From positions 447,213-511,212 of the forward strand of contig NW_014577071.1 in NCBI RefSeq assembly GCF_000485595.1: DNA of 64,000 nt, given 5' to 3'. A model generated the notes under the pieces. It worked only from the letters and a program-made list of their open reading frames with translations. It was not told where the DNA came from and ran no database searches. The position numbers and the translations under genes were made by a program. Origin of the DNA: Priapulus caudatus. Lineage: Eukaryota. Position 1 is the stretch's first letter, and each line of letters opens with the position of its first letter. This document shows positions 23,793 to 39,100 of this stretch, piece by piece.

Positions 23793-24888
23793 TTTAGCTC
23801 ATCTGACGTAGTCAGATGCAGCTTGTAGAATCGAATATGATCGTCCGTGGTCCGGCCGTCCGTGCGTCCGTTCGTGCGTCAACAGTTGGCCACAAATCTT
23901 AACCGCTCGACGTACGGTCACGATATTCGGGACGTCGGAGCGGATCGTGAAAAGGACTCGGCATGACAAATTTGGGGGTTAAGGGTCAAAGGTCAAGATG
24001 TGGAAACGGAGGGGAAATATTTACTCCTTAACTTAAGGTATAGGAGAAATATGGAATTGCGGCACAAATGTTAACGGCTAGACCTATGCTCTTAATATTC
24101 GGTGTATAGTGTGATAGGCAGGAAACCCATCACCAGTGTGGAAATTGGAGGTCATAGCGGGCAGTGGGAAAGGTTCAGATATCAGACATTTTCTGAGGAC
24201 AGCTGGCCTAATGGACAGAGTGAAAACTTTTTTGTTTCAGCGCTGACCTACCATTTTTATCACTTTATTGAAAGGACCATGAATGTGCTTTCCACTGACG
24301 TGCGAAGAGTAAGTGTCTGATAACCTTTTGACCTCAAGAGAAGGGTTAACATGGATTCCTGAACTGCCTTAATGATGGTCACAGTGTTCTCATATTGATG
24401 GCACATCCATAATCCAGAAATCAATAAGCTGATAGCTGAACGGGTACAGCACAGGCGTCACGGCTCAAAGATCGTTTGACTCGAATCTCATCAAGATTTT
24501 TTATTATTTATCTGTTTTCTGTATTTTTCTATCTTTATCCATTTAACTTTTTTCCCAATTAATGCAAATATTTACATTATTTATTTACAACAATTTAATA
24601 AGAACAAAGCATTTTTACAAACAATTAATATTATTTTAAAAAAAAGGTTAGGTTAGGGTTAGGGTCACAATGCCACCATAAACAGGATTTCAGACACGGC
24701 GATTTGTTATCAACACAATGGATTTGTGAGGTAGGTACGCAGAATGCAGAAGGTGCTGAAATGATGTGTACGCACTGCGTATCTGCATATCTGCGCCTAA
24801 CAAAGGTGCACTACGCACGACTTAAATGTTACGTTTATAACCGTAGCAACAGACCTCAGATGAGCCCAGACGCTCTGCGGCTCTTGTT
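23793..24888 (+). mobile_element. Uninterrupted ~1.1 kb copy of the HINE-like element
   Basis: Same ends (tttagctcatctgac ... tcagatgagcccagacgctctgcggctcttgtt) without the 3.3 kb block. Confidence 0.65.
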
Positions 24889-25779
24889 CTGTAACGACGC
24901 AAGACGTATGAATCATGATTGCAAACGCGTAAACTCCACACGTGGAACACACTTCAGCACCGCGTATCTTCTACGGAAATGCAGGAACTGCACGCTCTGC
25001 AAGGGAATGCTTGCTATATTCTCTAGCGGCGTAGATTGAAAAGCACAGTTGCAAATAGCTCCAAGAAACGTATTTGCTAGGGTTAGAATACCGTTTCAAA
25101 CCTTGGCTGCCAGCTAAACACGTAGTTGTCTTATTGCCAGTATCGCCGAAAAGAACACTACATCTGTGATATACCAAATAATCAGTAAACGTCCACCTTT
25201 CTTGTAACCATCAGTGCGCTACAATGCGCTGGTACTTACGGGGTTACAGCGACCTTTTGAGACGAATGCAAAAAATTTATGAATTCGCCGCCATAGTTTG
25301 CTATCATTCCCGACTGTGCACTAAAATCCGTAATGGATCGAACAAAGGAAATTAAACGATCTGCGGTGCCTCATGTAAACCACCCCAACATCCAGAGAAC
25401 ATGTCATGTATAGACAATCCGTCGCACAGCCTGGTCGGGCTAAGTTGCAAATAGTAAAGACGAAATCGCTGACCAGTAACAGTTTCTAATGATAACACGC
25501 GGTGAATCAGGAGTAGCATAACGAATGCATCTTACATTTTTTTCTACTATGATGCTGTTTTAATATTTGTGTTTCGTTTATAATCTCCTTCTGCACGAAT
25601 GAACGTAACTAATGTGAATGCGTTCTGCTGCTACACTAGATATTAGATTTGCGTGCAGTGACGCACGCGCACCGATTCATTTATATACACACACCTACAC
25701 GCACGCACACACACACACGTACAAGCACGCGCACGCACACACGTACAAGCACGCACGCACGCACGCAAAAAGATACACA

Positions 25780-25822
<43 letters not shown>

Positions 25823-25848
25823 CGACGCACGGCACGCACGCACGCACG

Positions 25849-25900
<52 letters not shown>

Positions 25901-25921
25901 AATACACACGAACATTTATAT

Positions 25922-25954
<33 letters not shown>

Positions 25955-25993
25955 ACACACACACACACACATCACACACACACACGACACACA

Positions 25994-26050
<57 letters not shown>

Positions 26051-27718
26051 ACACACACGCCACACACACACACACACACACACACACTGCCAGCACACAC
26101 ACAACTGCGTGCCGCGCGTACAATCGTACCTCATGCACCATACCCACGTCACCACGTGTATCACAGAGAGACATGATACCAGGAGATGATACAAGATTGC
26201 GTGGCACAGCTTGCTGTTGATCTTGAGCGCTGCGCCGCGCATGAGGCGCACAGATTCCGCGGGATATGCGCACGCGACCACGGGGATGTTCAAGTATTTG
26301 AAGCGCTGTCCGCAGTGGAGACGTGCGCCACATTCGAGGCCCGGCGCACGTCTCCACAGCGGTCAGCGGATAGTCTGTAGCTTGAAAGATAACAATGAAG
26401 ACTTTGTTCTAAAAATAACTATCGGCGGCTAAATAAGAGCAATATATAGACCTATGAATTTCTTGACTAGTCAGTCAGCAGGGCTTGTTGTGGCGTCCAT
26501 TATGCAGCGGTTCCAATTGAAATCGCCCAATGAAATTGTCAAGTGAATTGTGTTTTCGGAACCCCAAAGAAAATGTCTCCCCTTACATGCACACCCACTC
26601 CCTGATCAATCACGCATTCAGGCGTAAAACAATAACAGAGATGGAAATTGTGTTGAGTTTGTGGCCTCTTGACGCACGTGCATTGACGTACAAGACCGTT
26701 GGAAAGCACAGGCACTTTGGAACGTCTCAATAAAAATAAATATTCACACAATTTTTCACAATGATTGACCGCCTGTGTGCCAAAATAGGTGAACGTATGT
26801 GAAACATTATACGGTTAGTACTTACTGCTGACATATATCGTGACTAACTGACACCACCAAAAATGTTCCATGCACTTAAAGAAATTCTGAGAAATTACGA
26901 GGTTATCATCGCAGAACTCCCCAACACCGCCCATCCTCATGTCACAAAGCCTATGTGTAAACAAACACGCGCGTGTTGCCGAAGTGCCTGCCTCGATATC
27001 CATTTCAAGACCGCTAAGCCAAGCACAAAGCGCGCGGCAAGACGTCACAGGACACAGCTACATTCAGTTGGCTAAAACAATCGAGTTAGCGCGGTTAAGG
27101 ATTTCTTCGGAATTATTTAATTTTAAGAAAAACTTCAATGTTCAATGAATGACGCACTTGTTTCACTTCCGAAAGCTTCCAAAATGCCGAATTTTTCCAC
27201 TTCGATGCGAAATGCATCGGCCGGGCATTTCATAGTTTACGCAAAGTAAACAGGGCTGGCGAAAGACAGTAAGTACAGTAACGGGGCACGTTGTTGACGC
27301 CCCATTCTTGCCCATCAACGAAGAAAGCGGGACTTATTCTGATTACGGCAGATGCGAAAATGCTACAGAAGGACGTAGCGCCAGTGCGCTAAACAGTGTG
27401 TTATTTCGTATTTTGTGGCAAACTCTATTGTAGGAAACGTTCTAACATAGCAGAATGCCCTAGTTCCTAAGATCGGCGATTCGGTGGTCCAACTGGTGGT
27501 CCCCCATATTTAAAAATATCAAAGACTGGTGCGGCGTAGGCTGTGATTGGAAGACACAACAGTGTCAATCCTCGCGCGCCTCGGCATCATGGCCCGGTCA
27601 CGTCTAGGTCGTGCAGTTTCTGAGCTGCGTCTCAATAGCTATGTACGCGTACGTTTCATCTGTTGTTGTTTAACTTCGAGCATCGTGCATGACGTCACCA
27701 GGCTGTGATCGACGTCGC

Positions 27719-29045
27719 CAGGTATGACGTACGTATATATCAGGTATACCAGGTGTGACGTACGATATATCAGTATACACGTATGACGTACTTATATACA
27801 GGTATATCCAGGTATGACGTACGTATCATATCAGAGTATACCAGGTATGACGTACGTATATATCAGGTATACCAGTATGACGTACGTATATATCAGGTAT
27901 ACCATGCAGGTATGACGTACGTATATATCAGATATACCAGGTATGACGTACGTATATATCAGGTATACCAGGTAGAAGACGTTATATATCAGTACACCAA
28001 GTGATGACGACGTATATATCAGGGTATACAGGTATGACGTACGTATACATCATGCAGGGTATACCAGGTATGACGTACGTAGATATCAGGTATATACCAG
28101 GTATGACGTACGTATATATCAGGTATACCAGGTATGAACGTACACGTATATATCAGGTATACCATGCAGGTATGAATACACGTATATATCAGGTATACCA
28201 GGTATGACGCCTAAGCGTTATATATCAGGTATACCAGTATGACGTACGTATATATCAGGATACCATGTTGACACACGTATATATTAGGTATACCAGGTAT
28301 GACGTACGTATATATCAGTATACCAGGTATACGTACGTATATATCAGGTATACCAGGTATGACCTACGTATATATCAGGTATACCAGCGTATGACCTACG
28401 TATATATCAGTATACCAGGTATGACGTTCTATATATCAGGTACACCAGTATGACGTACGTATATATTCAGGTTATACCGGTATGACGCACGTATATCATC
28501 AGGTTAACCAGGTGTGACGTACGATATATCAGTATACCAGGTATGACGTACGTATATATCAGGTATACCAGGTATGACGTACGTATACATCAGGTATAAC
28601 AGGTATGACGTACGTATATATCAGGTATACCAGTATGACGCACGCTATATATCAGGTATACCAGGTATGACGTACGTATACATCAGGTATAACAAATATG
28701 ACGTACGTAATATATCAGTATACCAGGTATGACGTACGTATATATCAGGTATACCAGGTATGACGTACGTATATATCAGGTATACCAGGTATGACGCACG
28801 ATATATAGTCAGTATCCAGTATTGACGCTAGTATATATTCAGGTATACCAGTTATCGACGTACGTTATACATCAGGTATACCAGGTGTGACGTACGTTAA
28901 TATTATCAGGTATACCAGGTACTGAGTACGTATACATCAGGTATACCAGTAGACCGCACCGTATATATCAGATTACCAGGCATGAGTACGTATATATCAG
29001 GTATCCCAGTATGTATGACCGTAGTAATATATCAGGTGATACCAG
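27719..29045 (+). repeat. Second copy of the 31-bp minisatellite array
   Basis: Same unit, noisier; includes the array's right end. Confidence 0.93.
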
Positions 29046-29164
29046 TATATGATGTTAGCGTGACGGAGAGGCCTTGTTACAGACATAACCTCGTTGACTA
29101 TGTACAGCACATCTATAACAGAACGCTGTAGAGCAATTGCTCTAATTTATTATAGGTATAGGAT

Positions 29165-29224
29165 CAAAGAGTCCATAATAGAAATCTTGTGTATAGTGTG
29201 TTCATTTTCTATTATGGAGTCTTG
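29165..29224. mobile_element. CAAGAG-type hairpin footprint (TCC subfamily, noisy sequence)
   Basis: caaagagtccataatagaaa...tttctattatggagtcttg. Confidence 0.7.
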
Positions 29225-29771
29225 ATATTATATTTTGTAGCGATGCATTCTATGTGCATTAGGACTTACGCTCTTCGAAGAGGTTCCGATCCAAACTTCC
29301 GAAATTACATTTCATTCGCCGGAATTTTGCATCGCTACAATGATATAACTAGTGAGCTTTTAGAATTACAACAGCAGCGCAACAACAACAACAAACAACA
29401 ACAACCAACAAACAACAACAACAACAACGACAAACCAACAATCAAACCAACAACAACAACAGCGCAGCCAGTTACATGTCGCGAGTACGAATAACTAACT
29501 GCTACTTCTCACGACCAACCACCAACACCGTCCACCGCTTATTATATCTCTCTATTATCTCCCCCAAACTGATAATTAATATAATCAATAATAAATAATA
29601 TAACAACAAACAACAATGTAATAGAATAATTACTAAATATCAGGTCGAATATTATTATTATTTATTCACCATCGTCATCATCACAACAAGTTTTTCCCAC
29701 ATCTTTCCCACGTGTATTATGCCACGATCGACGCGTGCTTCTTACCCGCTCACAGAACCCCGTATACCCAT

Positions 29772-30239
29772 CCCTGCTGCTGCTGGTATTACGGACTATG
29801 CTAGCTTACTGCTGGCTGCTGCTGCTGCTGCGCTGGGCATGCTATCTGCTGCTACTACGGTACTACTACTAGCTTGGCTGCTGCTGCGGCTGCTGCTGCG
29901 TGGCTGTGGCTGCCTGCTACTACTACTACGGGGTATACTACTGCTGCTGCTGCTGCTGGGTGAGCTGCTGATGCTGCTGCTGCCTGCTACTACTACTACT
30001 ACTAATGCGCTGCCCTGCTGTGCTACTATCTACTAACTACTACTCTGCCTACTGCTGCTGCTGCTGCTACTCGACTGATGCTGCACTGTGCTGATGCGAC
30101 TGCTGCTGCCTGCTAGCTCACTACTACTAGCTACTACGTACTACTTACTTTACTACTACTGCTGCTACTAATACTACTACCACTGAATGCTGCCTGCTGC
30201 TATGCTTGCTGCCCTGTTACTTGCCGGCTGTATTGCTGC

Positions 30240-30285
<46 letters not shown>

Positions 30286-30645
30286 GTGGTACTGCTGCTA
30301 CTGCTGCTGCTACTGCTGCTGCTGCTACTGCTATTACTGCTGCTACTGCTGCTGCTTCTGCTGCTGCTGCTACTGCTGCTTCTGCTACTGCTGTTGCTGT
30401 TGTAGCCCGACCAGGCTGTATAACTAACGTCAATATACATAACGTCAATAGGTCTTTTAACCCTAGCAAAGACCGTTTCTTGGAGCTACTGCTGCTGCTG
30501 CTGCTGCTGTTGCTGCTTCTGCGACTGCTGCTGCTACTGCGGCTGTTGTTGCTGACACTGCTGCTGCTGCTGCTACTGCTGCTGCTGCTGTTGCTACTGC
30601 GGCTGGCTGTTGTTGCTGATACTGCTGCTGCTGCTGCTACTGCGC
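29772..30645. repeat. Degenerate (CTG/CTA)n trinucleotide tract; (CAA)n at about 29380-29460
   Basis: Directly visible; explains the poly-L/A/S/C ORFs. Confidence 0.93.
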
Positions 30646-32093
30646 ATTTCAAAACGCGACCGTGAGCGTCTAATACAATACAAGTGGAGACCGCGCGATC
30701 GCATATGCTACCCCTGCCCCTATACGTCGCTTTCCCCTCAGCGCGCGTCTGCGTGCGTTCGATGATCTGCGAAGTGTCACCAATAGCAAGCCTCGCTGAG
30801 CGCGCTGTAAGAACGGGTCGGTTATGTCCTTAAAGCGCCAAAATACCAAAACAGATGTTTGCCGTGAATGGAACCAATGTACTGGCCATGAGCAATCACG
30901 CCGGAGCACCTGCGTTTCACGTTATTCTATTTTCCTCCCTTTTTTGTTGCGAAGAAAAAGCGTGCTAAAGCCATTGTTGCCGCATGGGGGACACAGCCGA
31001 GGATGTTTCATTAAACAGTGGCATAATTTTCGTGCTTTATAATAATGCGGTTTATCTGTTGCGGTGCAGATGAGTGCGCGTGCGTGCGTGCGTGCGTACG
31101 AGCGTGCTTGCGTGCGTGCGTGCGTGCAGGTTAGTAAAACGTGGCAGAGATCACTACTTGCTGTATGAATGGTGAATAGTACACGCCGCCTCTTAGTTGC
31201 TTTACTTGAATACGTAGTTTGTTAGTTGAAATATTAAAATTATCATATCACAATTTATAAAATCGCGTTGGCACAAAATTTTGCATTATTAAACCGATAT
31301 ATTCGAAATACAGTTTCTGAATACAATGACGCCTGAATTAAGAGACTCTTGAGATAATTACCAATCTCCATGTATATTAATTATCCTACTTGATACGCTA
31401 TTTGCAATAACAATTATATACAATCACAATCGCTTAATCAATATGCTATTTGCGGTATTACACAGTATACAGCGTTACTACCTACATAAATTTGTTTCAA
31501 CATTAATTTTACTTTCAATTTTACACTAATTACTTACACAATTAATAATTTTGACGCATTTTAATATGTATAGGTAAATATCTCACGATTATTCAAATTT
31601 ATTCTACGCTATATCCTATTTAAATGTATTTGTTTAATAAAATGCAGCAAACGTTGTTAACACACAAAAGTTCAATTACGACAATCAAAAATCTAATAGC
31701 AAACAAGCGACTAACTGAAGTTTTAAGTTTTGGCAAATTTCAGAGAAAAAAAACATCAGCTGTATAGTTACCGCGGCGTGTATGTCACGACATATAAGCT
31801 TCTCCATGCTCGTACAACCAGATGATGCGCGCCCGGAAGCTTTCGAGTTGTTGCATGTTACGAAAATAAAGTAATTCGATATCAGCTTATAAAATGTAAG
31901 TGCCCGGCTGCACGCTATACGCAGCAGACGCCACGTTACCAGTGCTCAACCAGTCCCGTTGGGGCGCCTGTGTTAACGGCCTATACCGAACGCCACAGCT
32001 ATATAAGTGTTATTTCATTGCCTATACGCGCGGTGAACATGTACATCGTTGAAAGAGAGGACCGCCATACGTTGCCATGTAACGTGTTCCGTG

Positions 32094-32094
<1 letters not shown>

Positions 32095-32137
<43 letters not shown>

Positions 32138-32482
32138 CCACATACGACGCGACACACAAACAACTACAGCAAGTCACACCACACACAGTGCACACATAAC
32201 ACACCACCAAACACACACACACACCCCACACACACACATGCGTGGGTCGACAACATTATCATACACACACACAGGCACACACACACACATACGCACGCAC
32301 ACACCACACAAGACACACACACACACAGCACAAACACACACAAACACACAAACAAACACAACACGCACACACACACAACACCACAGCACACAAGCACACA
32401 CACACACACACCACACACCTACGCGCACGCCCCACACACGCACGACACCAGCCACACACTACACACACAACACACACACACA
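32095..32482. repeat. Degenerate (CA)n; a (GT)n tract lies at about 33738-34110
   Basis: Directly visible. Confidence 0.93.
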
Positions 32483-32539
32483 TATATATAGGTATATAGA
32501 TATATATATATAGTGATGATAGTATAAAAATATATATTA

Positions 32540-33745
32540 CGTATAGACTCTTCGCAACTGAAGTGATTCCTCGGCCGTTCTCTTCACGGCGAATTCTCGC
32601 GTATACCCTAACAAGAATCACGCAATAATGAAAGGTTTTCTCCCAACATACGGAACCTGTTGAGCACCGAGTTCATGCATATAAAACGGTTACGCTATAA
32701 TATTCCCATGGCCGCAAATGGTAGAAGTAGCTAAGTTTCTAGTAGCACTACAGGTTTCCGCGGTAACTAGTAATATATATATAATAGGTATATATAATAT
32801 AAATAGTATACATATCAACGACGTAAGATAATAACATGTGTTATTATCTACTCTGAAAATATATAAAACCTTTCATGATTCTATGCGAATGTGTCCTGTC
32901 TGAATAATCGCGTGAAGGGAACGCGTGAAATTGCGATATTTTATCAGCATTAAGTATAGACGGACCCCGTAAGTCGTTGTGAACCGAATAACACCATGGA
33001 CTCGTGGCCACGCAGTCGGGCTTTAGACGGTGGGGGTCCAGTCCTTATTAGCCATTAACGTCCATGAATGGTTACAACCAATAACGAAATGCATAGAGGC
33101 AAAACAGTTGTGAGGGGCGGCCCGACAGGTAGGAAAGATGTTTGCACTTTTTCTAAAGAAGCGGCCGCCGCGAGACACCTTCGTCCACTTGCCACGTTCG
33201 TTGCATAATAGCTCGTATTAGCGGGCGTCACGTGCTACAATGGCGGACGCGTGCGTCGATTTTGTTACCCCACCCCCTTCAGCTCCCACATTGTCCGAGT
33301 GTTCCAATTCACACTCCGCAACTCCCAGAAGACCGATTTTCAGATGGTTAAGCGATCGGCATATAATTCGCACCTTTGTTCGTTGAAACGGATTTCGCTA
33401 TTGCTTAAGATAGTACACGATTATGCGTGTGAGTGCATTCGTCCAGCAGTGAAAATTAGCGCTGTGGCGAGCAAAAAAGAGAGAGACGATCGAAGACGGG
33501 CGCGGCGGCGGCGGTGGTAGAAAGCCTGTGAGTTTACTGCTGGGTACACTACTGCTTCGCTTATGTGCGCGGACAAAAACGCCCGTCTGTCGCTCTCGCT
33601 CGCGTAGATGCAAAAGAGAGGCATTACGCATGTCCAGTAATAACCACGGCTCGCTGGAAGCGTGCCCAACTACGCTTGTAACGTTTCGCGCTATCTCCTG
33701 TGAATTTAGTGCATCCGTGGCGTGGCGTGAGGTAGACCGTGTGTG
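32540..33745 (+). repeat. Noisy copy of 14600-15735
   Basis: Collinear match (gcaactgaagtgattcc... to ...gtgcatccgtggcgtggcgtg) with many insertions. Confidence 0.88.
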
Positions 33746-33907
33746 GTCTGTTGTGTTGTGGTGTGTGTGGGGTGTGTGTGTGTGTGTGTGTAAGTGTAGT
33801 GTGGTGCGTGAAGTGGAGTAAGTGCCGTGTATTGTGGTGTGTGTGTGGTGTGTTGTGTGGTGCGGTGTGTGTGTGCGGTGTGTGTGTTGCGTGTGTGTGG
33901 TTGTGTG

Positions 33908-33945
<38 letters not shown>

Positions 33946-34664
33946 TGGTGTGTTGGCGCGTGAAGTGCTGAGTGCGTGTAGTGTGTGTCGGTCTGTGTGT
34001 GTGTGTGTGTCGTGTGTGTGTGTGTGGTGTGTCGTATAGTTGGGGTGTGTGTGTGTGTGGTTGTTTGTGTGTGTGTTGTGTGTGTGTGTTGTGTGTCGTA
34101 ATGTGTGTCGTGGCGTAAAACACCCTCGTACATCATCTGTAGTACCTATAGCGGACAACGACCGCCATCTGAACAGGGACCGGCGTATCCCCAGTATAAG
34201 TGACTGTAAAACCACGCGAGTCGTAAAATCGCAGCAGACACTTAAGAGGCTGTTTTGATAATAAAATGATGGTAAATAAAGCAAGATACTACCAATGAAT
34301 AATTAATACCAATACAGTCTTTAAACGTTATGTATTCTCCATGCAATCCAACACGCAAATAAGCTCATCTGCAATTCAGAGAACGCCTCCATCACTGCAA
34401 TTCCCCACTGTGCACAAACTGTGTTACAAAGAAATAGTGTGAACAGAAGAGGTATAGTCAAATTACGTAGAATAATATAACGGTATTTAACTCGATATCC
34501 CGCCCTCCCCCCACAACGAGCCAACCCACCCCGTAACGGTTATAGCTAGCTCTATACCATCAATAGGTAATAATACATTATATATTATAATATTTATGTA
34601 TTATCAGCTTCCTAATGGTATAACTAGTGTAGTATATATATATATATTATTATATATATAGATA

Positions 34665-36155
34665 CTCAAGAGTCCATAATATATGCTATTTCCTATATTA
34701 TGGACCTTGATATATATAATCCCAACGTACCATGGTTACATTACCGTTTCAGCCCCAGCCACCCCAACGGAGACCTCGCCCCTGTCAATAATTATGAACA
34801 TGCTCCCGGCCGCTGGTGTTTCAGCCAAAGTACCATTAATGTCAAGATTAACGCCTGCGCCTTAATAATTCGATTGCATTTTAGTGAAAGCAGCTTTGTC
34901 GCGCTGCACGTGTGTCCAGCCCGCCGGCCACAGAACGCCGCGAATCATTCTGCCTTTTTCGCGATCTTATGCAGTTCCGGGCTAGCAATAGGCGGTGGGG
35001 CCGAGGTGGACGCATTGGCGTTGGTGTAGGGCGACCGTGTGGTAGTCGTAGTCGCACATCACGCTGCACTGTCGCCGCAGGACAGCCACACCACGGCCAG
35101 TGGAAAAGCGAGGCAGCGCGCGTACGCACGTCGCTTCAAGAATTGTCCCGGTCATCGCGTTTTTTTGTTGTGTGCTAAATAACCTGCAAAGACTGCTGCA
35201 TGTTCCGACGCAAGCGAATTAGCGGTTTTCGCGTCGCGCCTCGTGAATACCTTACGTGCCGCTTTAAAAAAGTGTTATCGTGAGAGTGTGAGTCGAAAAA
35301 AAAGAACTGCGCGGCGCGTCGAGGCGCGTTCTCGGTACCAGCGGGCCGCGTGAGCCAACAAGTGATTAAGAGAAAAGATGTGCGCGCGAAAATCGCACTG
35401 GAGGGAAAACATAAGGGTTGCCTTCGCAATCGATGTCCTCACTGGTTGCTCACGAGAGAGCGGGCATGAGAGACAGAGAGTTGAGCGACGAGTGACATTC
35501 ATCCTCCGTACGCGGTCTGCGAATTCCCGCTCATTGTGTGCTGTGTAGATGGTATCGCGCATGCGCACGGCGCATCGACGGCTGTGTAGCTGACCTTGAC
35601 ATATCAACCAAACTGGGGACGACACGAATATTCGTGTTTTTATGGGCAGTTCTGAGAAGCTGAAAATTTGCAGTCGAAGCGAATATGTTAAGAGAAGATA
35701 GTGCATCGTGAACGTCGTGGTGGTGGAACGTGTACGCATATATGTGAGCTGTGTTCAAAATGTGTTCCGCACAAATCAACAATTGCGCAGGTAAGTCCGC
35801 AGGATAGATAGCGCCAGTCGGTTCTCACTTCTCATTAATGCCAAATGATATTCAAAAGACGTGTGAGTTGTGTCGGCGAGGTGATATATGTGGTAATGTG
35901 ATAACATATTGCTGTCTATTGTATTGGTTTCCGACAGTAACATTAGGTTATCGATGCTTTATCTCGAAAACGTGGCCCAACACCACTGTGCGCCATTGTC
36001 ATTATTTGCACCGTTATAAAAGATATAAAATCCTGATTACAAGCACGACATCTAGCCCTCAGCTACTATTCGAAAATCTTATCAATAATAGGATGACGAT
36101 TTCAAAAGAATATATATATATATATATAATATATATAATATATATATATATATAT
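34665..36155 (+). repeat. Noisy copy of 13180-14600
   Basis: Collinear match (caagagtccataat... to ...ttcaaaagaatatata). Confidence 0.88.
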
Positions 36156-39100
36156 ATCGTGTGTGCGTGCGTATAGATGCGTGCAGTTTGTCGTTATAGT
36201 AAAGTACTAATATTATTATTAATGAATTGGGATCAGTCAATAGAAAACCTACAGTATGAATATGAATATGTAAAAATACATGTATTATAAATGTATATAT
36301 ATATATTATATAGATATGATATACCGAATAAACTCAATCAAACCTAAAATATTAATCATTAACGTCTATCATATAAATAGAAACTTGCACTTTCTTCGTT
36401 ATACGAATAAAAAAAAACGGAAACTAACGTACATAATAAAACCGCAGTATGATGGTTATAACGTTGCCGTTATCGGCCGTGTAAAAGCTACCGTAGCCTG
36501 GCGCAAACAGACGCCGAAAGGATGGCAACCCCATGACGTGATGATCAGCGGTACAATTTAGTGCTCGGCCACTAATAACCTTTGCTCCGCGCACGTAGTT
36601 AGCTGAACGCCGAAAGGTCTCTGTCAATAATTGATAACACGAGACGCGCGCTCGTATGTTTATAATCTAGACAGCTAAAAAGTGTATTAAAAGTCGTAAA
36701 ATGATGGTTTCCACATGACGCCGACCCCATTGGCGGTTATACGCGTACGCGATATATGGTTCGCGCATATTATTTATGAATAAAATTCAAAACAATAAAT
36801 GCATAAACAAACTATACCAGCTGATTACCCGCATTTGGGATAAATATAACGTCGCAGGAGCAATAAAACCAATAAAACAAGAAAAAATAGGTATAAATAC
36901 TACGTCGGTATCCATGCTAGCCAGATAACTATATTAGCCTATCAGGTATTATTATATGGCGCCGCCAGATTACCTGATTAATTCTTTCTTGACTCATTCA
37001 ATAGAAAACTAACACCAAGCCAGAGTTGTGCATTAACATAGCTTAACATTGGGCTAGAACCCATGACTGGTGACATCGCATTTGCTGAGATATCATGAAT
37101 ATTATATATTGTAAAATTTAAATATGTTGCTATGTAAAAGTTATAGTTCTATAGGTAAAGCAAACCAATGTCTTTCATTGAATATTTCGTGGAATGTTTT
37201 TATTTTTGTTTGATATTCCTATCTTGTAAATATGCATTTGCTAAAGAATGGCGTTATTTAAATTGCGGCATCACCTAGAGTCTATAATCAGCAATATGGT
37301 AGCGCATATGGCTATAAAACTAGAGTCAATAAGACAAAGTAATTCTCTATATGGTCTACGCGGTGTTCAAGGGTTTCAAGTTCTAATTTACCACGCGCAA
37401 TAATAGAAAAAATTCGAGTGTTAACTCAAGCAACGTGGTAGTTATCGATTTAAAGTGTTCTGCGAACACTAAAACACTTCATAAATAAAATTAAGTAACG
37501 TAGTCACATGGGTATCGAACGTCTGCAACTGCCCTGCCGCACATACACAGAGTAAAATCACATGTTTATCAGTTTATAATTTATCAATTTTAATTATCTT
37601 ATATACTATATAGTTAAATATTTCTATTGTAGATGTGTTCTGTCGTGTATAAACGCCGTACATATAGCCTCGTGCCCGGAAAAAAGAAATTACTCGTGGA
37701 TACTAAACAGTAACTAAACGCTAAAACACAACAACTTCAATACTCACACGCGTTCTATACAGCTCGGCACTAAATATCTAATCTACTTTGTACAGTGTCC
37801 TTTTTAATTCACCATGCGCGTTTGCGTGTGAAATTTATCGCAGCACTGACGGATAGGACGTAGATAAAACGCGATACATTCGTAAGCGTAAAGCGTAAAG
37901 CGTTTCCGATAATATTCCTATCGCAGCGCGACCAATGGTTCGCTCTAGCCAGCTGCACCGCGCGGTGCCATACGCGGTCTGTGATCTTACACTCTGTCCG
38001 ATCAGCGTTCAGTAAGTACAGTAACAGCGCCTTTCTGTGTGGGATAAACAGTAGCAGAACGGATCAACTGTACGCACACACAACAACAGCAAAAAAAAGT
38101 TTACTCGGCTAATCGCTTTTCAGTTTGGTTTTCATGGTAGCGCTGCTGCATAATTTGCGGCGCGATGTTATACGCTGATTTTCACCCGTACAACGGCAGC
38201 GGCGGCGAACGCAGCAGTAACCAGTTAGACGCGCTCTCTATTACCTTCTGTATGCGTGCGGCTGGGCTGTGTGTGCGGCCTGCCGTATAGCAGCAACGAC
38301 AGGTGCGAGACACACACGCTTCAGATGTTCCACGATGAGCTTCAACAAAAGGAAATTCATGCGTTAGACAGTAAGATGGTATCATTACGATATACTTAAA
38401 ATCTCTAACAGCTGGTCGCTTCCTTTGCCGTCGCAGCAGCGGCGGCGGCGGCAATGACGACGACAGGTGCATAATGTTAATATGAAAATATGAAATCGCA
38501 CGTATTAGACAGATGCGCTGTGAAGCGAAGGGCGTATAATTTACTTTATTTAATGCTCGAAAACCCGATCCCAGAACCTCCCCCGTTTGCTACATCATCA
38601 GGCGATGAATAGTTTAAACACGGATCGTACGGTTTTATGTAAATTTATATTAATAGCTTCCCAGATTATGCATTTCATTGAATAAGTGGGTAAAATATAA
38701 TCATGCGTATTTATCGGTTAAAGATTCATTTTACGAATAGTGTTTACGGCACAATTATTAATTTGCCAGATTGATTTTAGTTACTATTTATATGTACAAA
38801 TTATTCGTGATACAGTAATATTATCACCACATTTACATGTTATCAGGAGTGAATAAAAACAAATGGGATAAAACGTCTCTTTTTTCGCTCTTGGCATTAT
38901 TGAATATATTACCAAAATGGTTACATCTTATGATGTAAGAATTTTATGATTTAATTAAGCAAAATACTGAGGTCAAAGTATTAAACAAAAGTACGCATTC
39001 GTTTGTAATATCTGCACTGTAAAACTCGGTTACATTGTTGTTGAATTAAACAACTTATACATTGTTATTTTAGTGTCGTCGGGCCAGGTAAAACTCCCAC

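Larger units (their letters stand above)
20357..29045 (+). repeat. Second, indel-rich copy of 8632-12449 + 15819-20331 (ARCN1 3' end, HINE, microsatellites, 31-bp minisatellite)
   Basis: Collinear sequence match starting right after the 25-N gap (20332-20356), with frequent 1-bp insertions and deletions throughout. Confidence 0.92.

Noticed and set aside
29719..30665. Poly-Leu/Ala/Ser/Cys ORFs
   Set aside because: Trinucleotide microsatellite in low-quality sequence.
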